The position numbers and the translations under genes were made by a program. From contig OX597823.1 in assembly GCA_951406725.2 (NCBI GenBank), forward strand, positions 114,080,001 through 114,144,000: DNA of 64,000 bases, written 5' to 3'. The notes under the pieces are model-generated. The model did no database searches and was not told the DNA's origin. It saw only the letters and a program-made list of their open reading frames with translations. The stretch is from Octopus vulgaris. Its lineage: Eukaryota. Position 1 is the first letter of the stretch. Each line of letters starts with the position of its first letter. Positions 28,845 through 43,994 of the stretch are shown in pieces.

Positions 28845-29434
28845 TATTTCTTTACTACCCACAAGGGGCTAAACACAGAGGGGACTAACAAGGACAGACA
28901 AACGGATTAAGTTGATTATATCGACCCCAGTGCGTAACTGGTGCTTATTTAATCGACCCCGAAAGGATGAAAGGCAAAGTCGATCTCGGCGGAATTTGAA
29001 CTCTGAACGTAACGGTAGACGAAATACCCATTTCTTTACTACTCACAAGGGGCTAAAAATAGAGAGGGCAAACAAGGACGGACAAACGGATTAGGTCGAT
29101 TATGTCGACCGCAGTGCATAACTGGTACTTATTTAATCGACTCCGAAAGGATGAAAGACAAAGTCGGAATTTGAACTCTGAACGTAACGGCAGACGAAAT
29201 ACCTATTTCTTTATTACCCACAAGGGGCTAAACATAGAAGGGACAAACAAGAACAGACATAGGGATTAAGTCGATTACATCGACCCCAGTGCGTAACTGC
29301 TACTTAATTTATCGACCCCGAAAGGATGAAAGGTAAAGTTGACCTCGGCGGAATTTGAACTCACAACGTAACGGCAGACGAAATACCGCTAAGCATTTCG
29401 CACGGCGTGCTAACGATTCAGCTAGCTCACAGCC
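28845..29434 (-). mobile_element. SINE family B, trimer, with 17-bp TSD
   Basis: Three reverse-oriented units. TSD AAACTTTAAAATATACC at 28828-28844 and 29435-29451. Confidence 0.92.
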
Positions 29435-31285
29435 AAACTTTAAAATATACCGATAGAATATTGAAATCTAATATTGTGGGTGACACTGCATGCTTTTGTT
29501 TATATAACTAATAAGGCATAATTCAAAAGAATGAAAGCAACAAAAGTGCACAGAGACAAAGCTATGCAGAGTTCTTGCTTAGCTTGAAGCTGCCGATAGC
29601 AATCGTTTGTGTGCATAGTTAAGATAAATACACTTAGTAAAAATTTTAGCTTACGCTTCTATACATATTTACTATACGGTGTGCTGTGAATCGAAACCAA
29701 CAACTTCAATACAACATAATATTCTACACAGTATACAGTGGCGGGGGGGGGATAAATATTCGTAGATGTCAAAATTCTTTATTTATTTAATTTCTAATGA
29801 ACATAAATGGGATATACCAATACTATATATGCATACACATGCATAAACTAAGAATATGCAAATTATTTTAACAGTATTTTGTGGCATAGAAAATCATAAA
29901 TTTATTCTGTACGAATACACTTTCTGCCCTAAACATTTGTAATTGTATATAAATTCCTTAGTTACTATAATTTATGAGTTTCTTTTGCATATATTCTTAG
30001 TTTATGCATGTGTATGCAAATATAGTATTGGTATATCCCATTTATGTTCATTAGAAATTAAATACATAATGAATTTTGACATGTACGAATATTTATTTCC
30101 CCCCACTGAATGTATGTATATCCATATATACGCATACACAAACACACATACACACACTCACACACACACGCATACAAAAAGTGAGAGAGGGAGCGAAAGA
30201 AAGAATGAGAAGGGGAAGAAGGAAGAAAGAAACAAGCAGAAGCAGTTCCCATAACAGTTTATGAAAGATTTCAAAATATGGCGTCCATTACTTGCTGTTA
30301 ATACAAGAGCGCATAGCGTATTGTAATTAAAATATCGCAGGAGAAACTGTGAGAGTAGATGCTTATGTATATGTGTGTCTATGTATATGTTTGTGTGTAT
30401 GTATACGTGCTTATCTCACTGTGACTCTGCTGAAGCGCCCACGCGTGTGTGTGTGTGAGTGTGATAATGTGTTTACGCGTGCAAATGCATGTGTTTGTGA
30501 AGGTGTATCTGTTTTATGGTTATGTACATGGAAATAGAATTACGAAGCTGGATGCTGTGTGATATAAATCAGAGAGCGAAACAACGAATGGACACTTAAG
30601 CTGTGAAAATCAGCTGGCAGCAGCTTTAGTGATGATAAAAACTGTTAGGTAATTGAGAGTAATACCCGCAAGTGGTGTAAGTAGGTGTTGTATAAGAGTA
30701 CAGTGGACTGTATTGAAATCTTTAGGAAGCCAGAGAAGTAAGAGGCAAGGTGGGTGAGAAATAAATTGACCACCGCAGGCGTAGAAACAAGTGTGTTGTG
30801 TGACCGTGTATAAGTTAATACATACTACAAATGGTGTTCTTTACAAAAGCAAAGATCTGCATGCACATACGAAGCGTCACATGTGTATTGATGTGAATAT
30901 GTGACAGTAGGCTCCTCTGGCATTGTTCACCTTCTCTCCACTTCAGTTTTTCTTTCTCTCTCTCTCTTTCTCACTATCTCTTTCTTTCTTTTTTCCCTCT
31001 CTCACTTTCTATCTCTTTCTCTCCAGGTATATGTGCGTGTGTGTGTGTTCATGCGCGTGTGTCTATCTGCCGTATTAACAAGCACATAAGCACATATTTG
31101 CGCCTGCATATATATATATATGTGTGTGTGTGTATGTGTGTGTATACCTGCGTGTATGTATATGTATAGATATATAGATATAGATAGATAGATAGATAGA
31201 AAGATAGATTCAGATGAATATAGAACGTAAGTGGAGGCACCAGAATTTAGTGCAGTACTATCTATACAATTTCAAAGTAAGGTGA

Positions 31286-31360
<75 letters not shown>

Positions 31361-31389
31361 AAATAAGCAACAAGCATATCCAGAGGTAA

Positions 31390-31475
31390 TGCAGTACGAT
31401 CGTTTCATGCAACTCCATTTAATTTTACAATGCAATCATTACATCAATTTAAATGCAGAGCAATCCTCAGTTGCA
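31390..31475 (-). ncRNA. Type I hammerhead ribozyme (predicted)
   Basis: Minus strand TGCAA-CTGAGGA-long stem II-GAAA-CGATCG-TA-CTGCA: intact CUGANGA/GAAA core and GUA cleavage triplet. Confidence 0.7.
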
Positions 31476-32392
31476 CAAAGACATGAAACTTAATTAAATT
31501 AAAACAGATGGACATATTAGTATAATTATACCTAAAATCTCCAAGAAGTTAAGGAGATAGACAAAGAGCAGGCTGCCTTAACACCAGCATAGAAACTACT
31601 AAGCTATCAAGAGGATATACATTGTTACAGACTCTGCCTGTAACTGATTCTTTGTTTTTGTGGAGTCAGTTTTAATTTATAGACTAGTTTATCAAATCCT
31701 TGTGTATCTAGGGCTCAGAGAACAAAAGGCAGTGTCTGTTAGGGGTAGGGTTGAGGGAACAGACAGAAATCATAGTTGGTATAGTCATAAAGATCAACGT
31801 TTATTTGAAGCAATACGTTTATTTGAGGCTTGGTAAACGAAAACATATAACAAGATGTTAGCGGACAATTAAGGGGGTCGCCCACTAGCAGACCATTCAT
31901 AATGAAACAAGGGAAGTCATGTAGTACTAAAGTTAAATTTTATTTTAAACAATGTTGCTATATTGTATACATTTAAAGTTTAGGGTTATCCAGGGGATTA
32001 TTAAGAAGAATATTATAACAAGAGGATAGAAATGTTTGAATACTTTTGAGTATATACCAAACATTTACCACAATAGTGGAAGGAAAAGAAATTATCCAGA
32101 AATAGTTGCCTTGTCTATAGCGGAATACGACCAAGAAATTACTCTTCTCAGTCCTGTAAATTCGGCACCATTTAATAGAGAGAATAATGATAGTTTGAAT
32201 AATAGAAATTTTACTAACTTACTTACTTGTGAAAAAATACCAAATGATATCCAATCCTACAAACCTAACATTTCAAATAATAATAATAATAGAGTATGCC
32301 TCAATAGGAGACAGGATACTAAAATGGGTAAGAAGCGTAGGTTACATAAAAAAAAGTGACGAGGAAAAATGTAATTAAGTACCTTGTCTTTG

Positions 32393-32478
32393 TGCAACTG
32401 AGGATTGCTCTGCATTTAATTTGATGTAAGGATTACATTGTAAAATTAAATGGAGTTGCATGAAACGATCGTACTGCA
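32393..32478 (+). ncRNA. Type I hammerhead ribozyme (predicted)
   Basis: CTGAGGA at 32398-32404; stem II TGCTCTGCATTTAATTT / AAATTAAATGGAGTTGCA; GAAA at 32462-32465; palindromic stem III ACGATCGT; predicted cleavage after A32473; stem I TGCA/TGCA. Confidence 0.72.
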
Positions 32479-32529
32479 TTACCACTGGCTATCGTTGTTG
32501 CTTATTTTGATATATATATATATATATAT

Positions 32530-32600
<71 letters not shown>

Positions 32601-32739
32601 TATATATATATACGTTTCTGCTCCAGCATGGCCACATCAAATGACTGAAACCAGTAAAGGAATAAAAGATTATTTATATATGCACACATATATATATATA
32701 TATACATACATACATATATATAGATATGTATATATGTAT

Positions 32740-32770
<31 letters not shown>

Positions 32771-32775
32771 CATAT

Positions 32776-32824
<49 letters not shown>

Positions 32825-33629
32825 CATAAATTAGTTAGACGCAATATAAAAAAAATTAAATACAAAGTTAAATGAAACAAAATTTGATTCAACGTGTCGA
32901 ATACCAACAATACAATCCCGATCGCTAGTGACAGTATGAAGATCCAATTCCATTGCAGTTGCAATAAAGGGGATCCATGCAAACTAAATATGATGCTTCT
33001 ACTTTATAAATCACTATCAACTCATTTGCAGGACATAAATTACTGAAGCGCAGAATCTTCATGAAGATTATTGAATATAATCTGTTGTTGCTATAAAAAG
33101 TTCATTATTGGTTTGTGAAAGAATCATCGCTACGTCTTCATAAGTGGTTTCGCGTGAATTATTTGTCGTTGCTAATCGCAGTGAATGGTAAAGAGTTGAA
33201 GTGATGATTGTATCAAAATGGATAGAGTCACCAAGTAAATACTGCAAAGGTAACTACGAATTTTGAACTTCTTATGTTGTCAGCTCACGCAAATGGTGAC
33301 AGTTGATAATAAATTTAGAAAAAAAACTCTTGATCAGCAATAATGGTAGCGTGACACACACTGCAGATAATGCAGTTGATGCAGAATGTGAGATATCTGC
33401 AAGGGAAGGTGTTCGATAGCCATAAATATAGAAGTGACAGAAGACTGGATAAACAACGATGAGTATATCTCAAAATAGGTAATAAATGAATCAGAGGTAC
33501 TTCATTTTTGTGAGGATAGTATGTAAGAAATTTCTGAAGTGTCATCATTTCATCACGGGAGATAACAACAAATGGAGGACAGAAGATTAGGTTGGCAAGG
33601 AAACTGAACACGCATGAATGCATGTGTGT

Positions 33630-33636
33630 ATGCGTG

Positions 33637-33680
<44 letters not shown>

Positions 33681-33777
33681 CGTGTGTGGGTGTAAACACT
33701 TCAGTGGTTTTTGAATCAAAGTCAGTTTATAGTCGTCATTTGTTACACATATACGTGTGTATTAATGCATATATGTA

Positions 33778-33814
<37 letters not shown>

Positions 33815-34030
33815 GGGAGAGAGAGAGAGCATATACGTATATGCGTAAACATGTATGTAATTATATAGATAGAAATGTATGTGTGTGCGTGTGCATGCAA
33901 GACTGTTATATATATATATATATACAGAGAGAGAGAGAGAGAGAGAGACAGAAAGAGAGAGAGAGAAGAGAGAGAGAGGAGATAGATAGATAGATTGATT
34001 GATAGATAGATATATCCATATATATAAATG

Positions 34031-34105
<75 letters not shown>

Positions 34106-34190
34106 TTTTTGCGTAATATGATAAACCGAGGCTGTGTAGATATTAGGGCATTTATATATATATATACATGTATATATATGCGTATATATT

Positions 34191-34245
<55 letters not shown>

Positions 34246-35082
34246 ATGTATATATATATATATACTTATATATTAAAATCTATATATTTTAGCTCTATAA
34301 GAAAAGGTTTTACATCTATATTGCATCTGTATAATTAAATAGTGGCACATTATACTTGCCATTCACTCGTGATTTCGCATTCACATCAATGTGCATGAAT
34401 ACATACATATATATATATATACACATATTTATATGCTTGTGTACATACACACACACACATGTATATATATACATACATACGTGCATACATAGGAATATAT
34501 GCATATATGTATATATATATATACAATTATATATATGTGTATATATATATATCCATACATGCATGCATACATATATACATACACATACATGCATACATTC
34601 AAGCATACATAGATGCGCTGGAGGAAATTGTGTGTCGCTCTATATTTCTCTTTAGAACGTTATATTAGATGAGAGCCAGCGCAAAAGGAAATACCCATTC
34701 GCCATAATGAAATAACTGTTGCTTGATATATTTCTTTATCTGATATTACAATGTAAGATATCAGCCTCAATACCCAAGGGCTTCTGTCGCAACATGTCCA
34801 TGTTCCCCGGACCTGGGGATGTTAATATATTTTCGTACATGCTTTCATATGTTATATTGAAATCACATTAATGTGGTATTTCTCATGTATTATTACGTGC
34901 AACATACATGCATACATACGTTCGTACTTCAATACAGATACAGACATACACATATATACGTACCTACGTATGTATGTATATGTATGTCTCTCTATATATA
35001 TTCATATATATGTTTAAATATATATATATACATATATATATAAGTGTGTACGTACATATATATATACATATATATATATATG

Positions 35083-35147
<65 letters not shown>

Positions 35148-35270
35148 ATATATATATATATATATAATTATTTGTATGCATCATATAAGTTAATTTTACT
35201 TATACATGTGTGTGTGTGCGTGCGTGGCTGCGTGTGCATGTCTATATATACATGTCTTTATATCTACATA
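33630..35270. repeat. Extended TG/GA/TA/CATA compound microsatellite field
   Basis: Read directly from the sequence. Confidence 0.9.
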
Positions 35271-35939
35271 GTTATTACCTTTATAGATATATGAATCCAT
35301 ACGTATTCATCGTATGTATTACTGTGAGTACGCACATTATCAGGATACGAACAGAAATGTTTAAATCAGCAAGTGTCCGCAACTCTATCTTTGCGTATAC
35401 TATATCTGTATATGTGTGTTTGTGTTACTTCTCATGTGTCATTTAAACAACTGTGCGCGGTATTATTTCATATTTCATTCGTGTTCTTAAACGTGTAAAA
35501 ACATAAATATTTCTATAATCCATCTGTCTTGTTAGCACTCGGTCTATCTTTCTCTCAATCTGAATATGTAATTAGCATATTCGTGTACATTTGGACAAGG
35601 AAAAGCGTCGCACTGCAGAAGTTGTGTCAAGAGAAGTGATTGTTTTTATAGCGAATATATAGTGAGGCATAATGTCATTCAGCCATGAATGACGTTATGC
35701 TTCGTTAGCTACGCCTGCGCCCATCTTCATGGCCACTAAGTGCATTAATATCATCCACAACTAATCAAAAGTTGACATTCCTATCAAACTTCACGCTTTA
35801 CCTTGCCAAATGAAAACAGAAAACCCAATGATATTCTACTGTGTATGTATATGTATGTGTGTCTGTCTGTATGTGTGTACATACACATAAGTCTAAACTT
35901 GTAACACAATTTTAAAGGAAATACAATTATGATACTACC

Positions 35940-36720
35940 ATATTTATTCGATATTGCCACCTCTGTTACAAATCACAGTCTTAAATCTATGTACGAATGC
36001 TTCATACACGGCACGCAGCTGTTCTTGCGGAATGGAATCCCATTCTTAGCGCAGTTTTGCTTTCAGAGCTTAGCATAGGAAGTGTTCGAAACTCTTCTCT
36101 CCAAAATGGCCCAAACAGAAAAATCCAATGTGTTGAGATCACAGCTTCTTAAGAGCCGTACATCATTGTCTATGAAGGATTTAATGTTTGTTTCTGAATC
36201 CAGTGTTGTGTCTGTGTGTAGCTGTGGGATGGTGACGAGTCCTACTGGAAGCTCCCAGAATCGCCTTAAAAATGCTCATAGAAGCAGTTCAACTTCCAGA
36301 ATGTCGCTAATCTATCGCTGGTCGTTCATTTTAAGAGTCGAGGGCACAAAAACTAGGTGTGACATTCAAGTGGCTGCTACAGACGCCCAAATCATAACAG
36401 ACTGTAGATTTACACATCGATTTACGAGACAACCCTTGACGGAACCAGATACATTCCAAAGTCGGTCGCTCTGATGGTTTAATGTGTGTTCGATGTCAAA
36501 TTTCTTTCCAACAATATAAACTTGCATGGGTTCATCACGATAGATCATCTTGTTGGAGTGAGAGATCTAGTATTTTTCATTCGCAAAATGAACCCTCTTT
36601 AATTTTGCTCAGATTGCTTTCAATTTTGCTGTTGAACCCACGATCTAGCCATCATGGTTTCGAGTCCCAGACGGCGCCTTATGTTCTTGAGCACAACAGC
36701 TCTTTTACCGTTGCTCAAAT
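35940..36720 (-). pseudogene. Decayed Tc1/mariner (DD37D/maT-like) transposase
   Basis: Minus-strand pieces KRAVVLKNIR, KKFDIEHTLNHQSDRLW...SVMIWA, DLNTLDFSVWAILE and EWDSIPQEQLRAVYEAFVHRFKTVICNRGGNIE*, with stops and frameshifts. Confidence 0.8.
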
Positions 36721-37057
36721 CCTCCCCTTCAGTCGGGGCAAATGTTGGTCCTAGCCAGCGGGATGACATCGTTCGAAGGTTAAAAATAGAAAACGCATTG
36801 TGACGAGCGATGTATAACAACATCTGACGGTCTGGTCGATGAAGTGGACACGTGATATGAGAAAAGTGAACGAGGCATGATTGTGTATTTGAAACAACAA
36901 ACGTGAGACAATCCAGGCCCTAAAATCAGCACACTGCTTTAAAACAAAGGGGCATTTTACACAATATATATCAAAATACACTGTTCCCGATAGAACGGTA
37001 GGCTCACATGACTAGAGAACTTCATGCATATGTACAAGCAGTAATGAAGTGAAAATG

Positions 37058-37397
37058 TGGCTGTGTGGTAAGTCTTCTTCCCAATCAAACTGCTCTCGGT
37101 TAAGCCTTGAGCCTTTTACCCTAGCTCCAGGCCAACCAAAGCCTTGTGAGTGGATTAACTAGACGGAAAGTAAAAGCTGTCCTTCGTATATATAAATGTA
37201 TATACTTGTGTGTCTGTGTTTTCGTGTTAGTGTTAATCTCTCACTACAGCTTGACAAGTGGTAATGGTGGTTTAAGTCCCCATAACTTAGTGGTTCGGGG
37301 AAAAGACAATAATTAAATAAGAATCAGACTTAAGAAAGAAATAAGTACAGCGTAGCTGCATTCAAATGATTGGAACAAGTAAAAGAATTAAAGAATA
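37058..37397 (+). mobile_element. SINE family A, old diverged copy
   Basis: GTGGCTGTGTGGTAAG ... CCAAAGCCTTGTGAGTGGATT..AGACGGAAA ... CAAATGATTGGAACAAGTAAAAGAA. Confidence 0.7.
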
Positions 37398-38324
37398 GTT
37401 TTGAACATTATATATGGTGGTTACGAAAGTTCAACAAAGATAATGAATTCCAGCATTTCTAAAGTTTGGTTTATAAGAGGTCGATGAGAATTATAAACGG
37501 TGTATTGTTATAAATAAAATTTCTTCATTAGTTAATTAGTTCTATATTTGGGCTCTACTACCTTATGTAATGTCTTCAGAATGCCTGTGTTAGTGACATT
37601 CCAAGAACAGTTGCGTGACATTTTGTTTGGGTGGACTACATTGGACTACGGAATGATACATATTATACACACTCACACACACAGATATATATAAAACTCT
37701 GTGTGTGTTTGTATGTGTGAAATCTTTATTCTATGTTGTGTTATAAAATAATTTTACGTTAATTTGGTGGGTTACGCTATATTTTTGTAGAGTATATGTG
37801 TTCGTGTGTGTGTGTGTATGTGCGTCTTTATGTTTATATAGAAAGAAACACAGACGTTTATTTATTTATAGATCAAGGAGATGTTTTTCTGTTTTGTTCC
37901 ACCATTCCGATAACAAAAACAACATTTTCTTATAAGTATTAGAGAATTAAGTGCTAAGCACTGGAATCAGCGTGAAAGAAGTTTTCACTTGAAATATTAG
38001 AAAAGTTTTGCCAAGGCGGAGGATAAAGCAGATGTTTGACATATCTTTCACTATCTAAACGGTTGTTCTGCTATGATTACATTGTAGTACAATCTCAGGC
38101 AATAGTGAACAGCTGACAGAGATTTCTGCATTCAGTATGGATATACTGCCTAATGGGAATCAGACAGGAGAAAGCAGAACATGTGTTTAGCTAGAGCTAG
38201 ACGTTAAAGATTCTAATTACATACTCACTAAGACGAGCATACAAGAACACATATATACATGCATACATACATACATACAATACATACATACATATATGCA
38301 TAGATACATACATATACATACATA

Positions 38325-38900
38325 TATAGTGGAATGACCCAGTGAAGACCTCAATAAAATGTAAGCACAACAGACCTGATATAATGATTTGGGATAAGAA
38401 GAGAAACTGTGTATAACGGATGTTAACGTAAAGCTGAAGATCAGTGAAAAAGAGAATACTCAATGTACTATTGAGAAATCTGCAGTTACTCTATCCAGAT
38501 TACAAGTTTAGGTTTATAACTGTAATTATTGGGACCCAAGGATACGTAACACACTACCTAATTACCAATCTCGAAGAACACACTGCCTAATTACGATTCT
38601 CGAGGAAAACCAGAAAAAAGAAAGCTAATTCGAAGACCACAGATCCAATCCATCACTGAAACTGTAAACATTTATAAAACTTTCCAGAAGTCTATCATTT
38701 AAACATATATGAGCATGTCTAGATATGCAACTATATGCATAAGAATACATATATAAAACAAAACATACAAACCTGCACTTATACACACATACATACAAAC
38801 AAGAATACTCTGCTGTTGAAATTCCACTGATGGAGACTTGGATCTAAGTCAGAGACCGACTCTTTCTTTATTAGCAAGAAATCTTGAAATAAAACTGAAG
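38325..38900 (+). pseudogene. Old RLE-type non-LTR retrotransposon 3' end (PD-D endonuclease region and 3' UTR)
   Basis: WNDPVKTSIKCKHNRPDIMIWD, LLRNLQLLYPDYKFRF..VIIGTQGYV. The 3' UTR contains CTGATGGAGACTTGGATCTAAGTCAGAGACC. Confidence 0.7.
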
Positions 38901-39408
38901 AATGACATACATACATACATACATATATGCATGTATGTATAAATGTAAGTATATACATAATCTTTTCAATAAAAAGAGACGACGCTAAAAGCAATAATGA
39001 TATTCTGATTTGGGTAGAAATCCAGCAATTCGAGTGCAGAATGTTCCTGAACACCGTCGGTGTCAATCGTGATTAATACTTTATTTTATCGACCTCGAAA
39101 AGTTGAAACGTAAATTTGACGTTGGCAGCTCTTGTACTAAGAATGTAAACACCAGGAACAAATGACGCAAGCCATTTTAATCTAAGTCTCCAAATATTCT
39201 GCCAATCCGTTGCTCTCAGACGTAATGTACAATAAGATGTGCATATCTATCGTCAACCACCAAGGGACATGCTCAACTGGTTAAGGTCAAACAACTGACA
39301 AGCAAATCTGTAGTATTGAGCAGAATATTTACTGTAGACCATCTGTAATACAAAGACTTCCAATCAGTTATGATCAGAAGCCATGGGAGCCACTGCCTGG
39401 TGTTGTTG

Positions 39409-39456
<48 letters not shown>

Positions 39457-39689
39457 TTATTATTATTATTAGATTAAAATTGTAAAAAGAGTGCCACTGT
39501 CATCTTTTGAACGATATTTCAAAAATAATTTTTTCAATCTACTTCATTTTGGTAAATATATAAATAATTGAGGTAACTCCACCAGAAGATTTATGGCCAA
39601 AATTACAAGAAGAGTGCCATTGTCATCTGGTGAACGATATTTCGACATCTTGTGTGTCTTCAACAGGTTCAAAATATAATTATGTCTAT

Positions 39690-40128
39690 ATAGGTGACAG
39701 GGGTGAAACAATGTGGCACATTGTTAGTCAATGCCTGAAATTTGTACGTGAATACAGAAGGTAACATGACAATGTGAAAGGAATGAGCCAAGAGGAGCTC
39801 ATGGAAATTCTGGCCGAGACAGATCAAAGACATGTCTTGACCAAATCTCAGAAAGAGTTACTGAAAATAAGGATCGCAAAATCTTGTGGAATGCAATAAC
39901 TTTGTGACCATCAGACACATCGGAAACCTGAAATTGTTGTGATGAAGCGAAAAAAAAAAAAGAAAAAGCCATCTCTGATAATTGACAAAACATGTCCTGG
40001 TGACAACAGAATCAAAGAGAAAGAATAAAAAGTGAAAAAATATGATGATCTGAAATGGAAAATACAGAAGTGAGAGCTATAAAGAAAGTGGATGTCGTAC
40101 CAGTAGTGATTGGCATGCTTGGAAGTAT
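39690..40128 (+). pseudogene. Old R4/Dong-like RLE LINE remnant
   Basis: Fragments ETMWHIVSQC, ERVTENKDRKILWN, KPEIVV, LIIDKTCPGDNRIKEKE, KYDDLKWKI and VVPVVIGMLG. Confidence 0.7.
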
Positions 40129-40180
40129 TGGTTGATTCTAGTTTCAGCTCACGAGCTGTGGCCATGCTGGGGCACCGCCA

Positions 40181-41381
<1,201 letters not shown>

Positions 41382-41545
41382 TAAAGCAGAGGGCTGGCAA
41401 AATCGTTAGCATACCGGATAAATTACATAGCGGCATTCATCCTAGTTTAATGTTATAAACATAAATGTCTCTAAGGTCGCATTTGCCTCTGATGTTTCGA
41501 GATCGATAAAATAAGCACAAGCTGAGCAGTAGTGTAATCAACTAG

Positions 41546-41550
41546 CAGTG

Positions 41551-41629
<79 letters not shown>

Positions 41630-41790
41630 CGGTGATGGTGGTGGTGGTGGTGGCAGTAGTAGAATCATCATCATCATCATCATCATCCTCATAATCACTA
41701 TTATTACTGCTACTATCATTACAGAGACTGTGCTTTCTATCTTCCTCATGATCACTATTATCATCATCATGAACATCATCATCATAACAT
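41546..41790. repeat. (GTA)n/(GGT)n/(CAT)n trinucleotide tract
   Basis: Read directly from the sequence. Confidence 0.9.
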
Positions 41791-42439
41791 CTGAAAAACT
41801 GCTAATCGTTTGTCTGCAGCAATCATAAATATACACATATTAATATATAAACTTACAATATTTACAGTTCTTACCAAAGTCGACTGTATGAGTAGAAATG
41901 ACCGTATAAGTTTCAATAATACTAATTAAGAAGGTACCGAGTGTACATATTCTATGCAATTACAAAACATTTCATCTAAGTACAGCTGCTATTGTTGATA
42001 TTTATATTTGTTTCGCGATAAATGCACTTTTACTTAGAATTTCACGTTGCTTTTATGCGTGTCTTTCCTGAATGCAACTTTCTGCCGCCACAATACACTA
42101 TTCTTTGCTTGTAAACATCTCGAAGCGATTCACTGTCAAAGTAAACAACACTGAAACATTATTACGTACATGTTATTGCCGTCATGCTATTTCCATGCTT
42201 ACTTATTTCATTTCACACATTGTTTAGATAAATACACTTAGTGAATATTCGAGAGGTGAAAGATTAATGCATTTGACGGCAGTTTTCGCTGTATGTCTGC
42301 CTCTATATTTGTTGTGCGCATAATACATACCTAGGCATTTTTCCCCATTATTAGTAGTATTGTGGTTTGTCTCAGGTTCGGTGTTATTCCTGATAGGGAT
42401 TACGTGGAGGGCTGTTTGGTGCCCGTAACATTAGGTATC

Positions 42440-42748
42440 CACTAGTTTTCAGCATTCTTTCAAGTGCTTAGAACCCTCCTAATAGTACTTAACTGTCCCT
42501 AAGAGACAAACTTTCTGTAGGAGCTTTACAGGGCATTCTGAAGCCATTTGTCGGTATCTTGGCTTACTAATCCCAGCACACCAATTATTATAAGCACGAT
42601 CTTTACTGTTCGCATCCTCCAAATTCTTCCTATTTCAAACTTTAGGGGATTCTATTTTTCTGTTTTTCTTCCTCTTTCTTTACGATCCCGGAATCAAATA
42701 GGCATGATAGTTCGATAAGTAAGCAAGTCCTTCTTTCCTGATCTATCA
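42440..42748 (-). pseudogene. Old R4/Dong-like RLE 3' remnant
   Basis: Minus strand TCLLIELSCLFDS, LKFEIGRIWRMRTVKIVLIIIGVLG, LLQKVCLLGT and IRRVL. Confidence 0.7.
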
Positions 42749-42766
42749 TTATTATTATTATTATTA

Positions 42767-43832
42767 TTCAGTAGTTTTATTTTTATAGCATGCTTTCACT
42801 TCACTACCGAGCGCAGCTCTGTGTGCCTTGGGTATGTGCTGTGATTTGTTGTGATGCTCTGATGGTTATTGTATGGAAAGTGTTCTGCGTAGGATGTGTG
42901 CAGTGCCTAGTAGTGCAATTTTCTGTATGTTATATGTGTTTGTAAGTCCTGGTGTTTTTGTTATGTATTTGTCTGAATTTGTTTTTATCATGCCTAATGC
43001 ACCTACTATGATAGGAATTGTTTCTGTTTTCAGGTTCCACATTCTAGTTATCTCTATTTCCAGGTCTTTGTATTTTGAGAGTTTCTCCATTTCTTTTAGA
43101 GACACGTTGTCATCTGCCGGTATTGATACATCAATTAGAAAACATTTTTTTCTTCATGATCTCTGACAACTATATCTGGTCTGTTGGCCTTAATTTGTCT
43201 ATCTGTGTGTATCGGCATATCCCAGAGTATGGTTGCTTTCTCGTTTTCTGTGACCTTTTCTGGTGTGTGCCTATACCATCTTTTTTCTGTTGTTATTCCA
43301 TAATGTTGGCATAGCTTCCAATGTATGTAGGTTCCAACTCTGTCATGTCTGTGAATATATTCCTTCTTAGCCAGGACTGGGCAGCTAGAGATAATATGAT
43401 TTATTGTTTCTTGTCCATCTCCACACATTCTGCAGTTACTTGTAATATTTCTCTTCATTACATGTTTTTGGTAATTTCTGGTGGGGAGGCTTTGGTCTTG
43501 TGCTGCAATTAAAAATCCCTCTGTTTCTGCTTTGACTCCTGAGCTTCTCAACCATTGCTGGGATTTTTCTTTGTCTATTTCTTTTGCGTTTAGTTTAGTG
43601 CAGTATTTACCATGAAGGGGCTTTTCTTGCCATCGTTTTATCATGGCTCGTTGCTGTTCTATTTTTAGTTTGGATTTCATTTGTTTTATAGCTTTTGTTG
43701 TTTCTTCATCTTCTTCTTCTTCTTCATGTGTTTATTAGGTGGTATGATTTCTTGTTTGTATTTGTCAGCTTCCTTAAATACTGAGAACAGTTTTTTGTTT
43801 TGCTCGTGTTTTGCTGCTATCTGGATCAGTTT
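42767..43832 (-). mobile_element. Young 5'-truncated Dong/R4-like RLE LINE inserted in (TAA)n
   Basis: ORFs 43135-43680 (WQEKPLHGKY, WLRSSG..ETEGFLIAAQDQSL, CRMC..H....C, RHD, RPDIV) and 42866-43105 (KLSKYKDLEIEI..LGTAHILRRTL). Near-identical to 40433-41163. Confidence 0.92.
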
Positions 43833-43843
43833 TATTATTATTA

Positions 43844-43911
<68 letters not shown>

Positions 43912-43930
43912 GTTATTATTGTTATTATTA

Positions 43931-43993
<63 letters not shown>
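43833..43993. repeat. (TTA)n microsatellite
   Basis: Read directly from the sequence. Confidence 0.97.

Positions 43994-43994
<1 letters not shown>

Larger units (their letters stand above)
31359..32509. mobile_element. 1.15-kb element with ~138-bp terminal inverted repeats, each containing a hammerhead ribozyme, inserted in (TA)n
   Basis: TIRs at 31359-31496 and 32372-32509 (CAAAATAAGCAACA... / ...TGTTGCTTATTTTG). (TA)n on both sides. Confidence 0.85.

Noticed and set aside
32036-32359. 107-aa ORF inside the TIR element as a transposase
   Set aside because: TTG start, Asn/Lys-rich low complexity, and no DDE, RT or GIY-YIG motif. At most a decayed N-terminal remnant.
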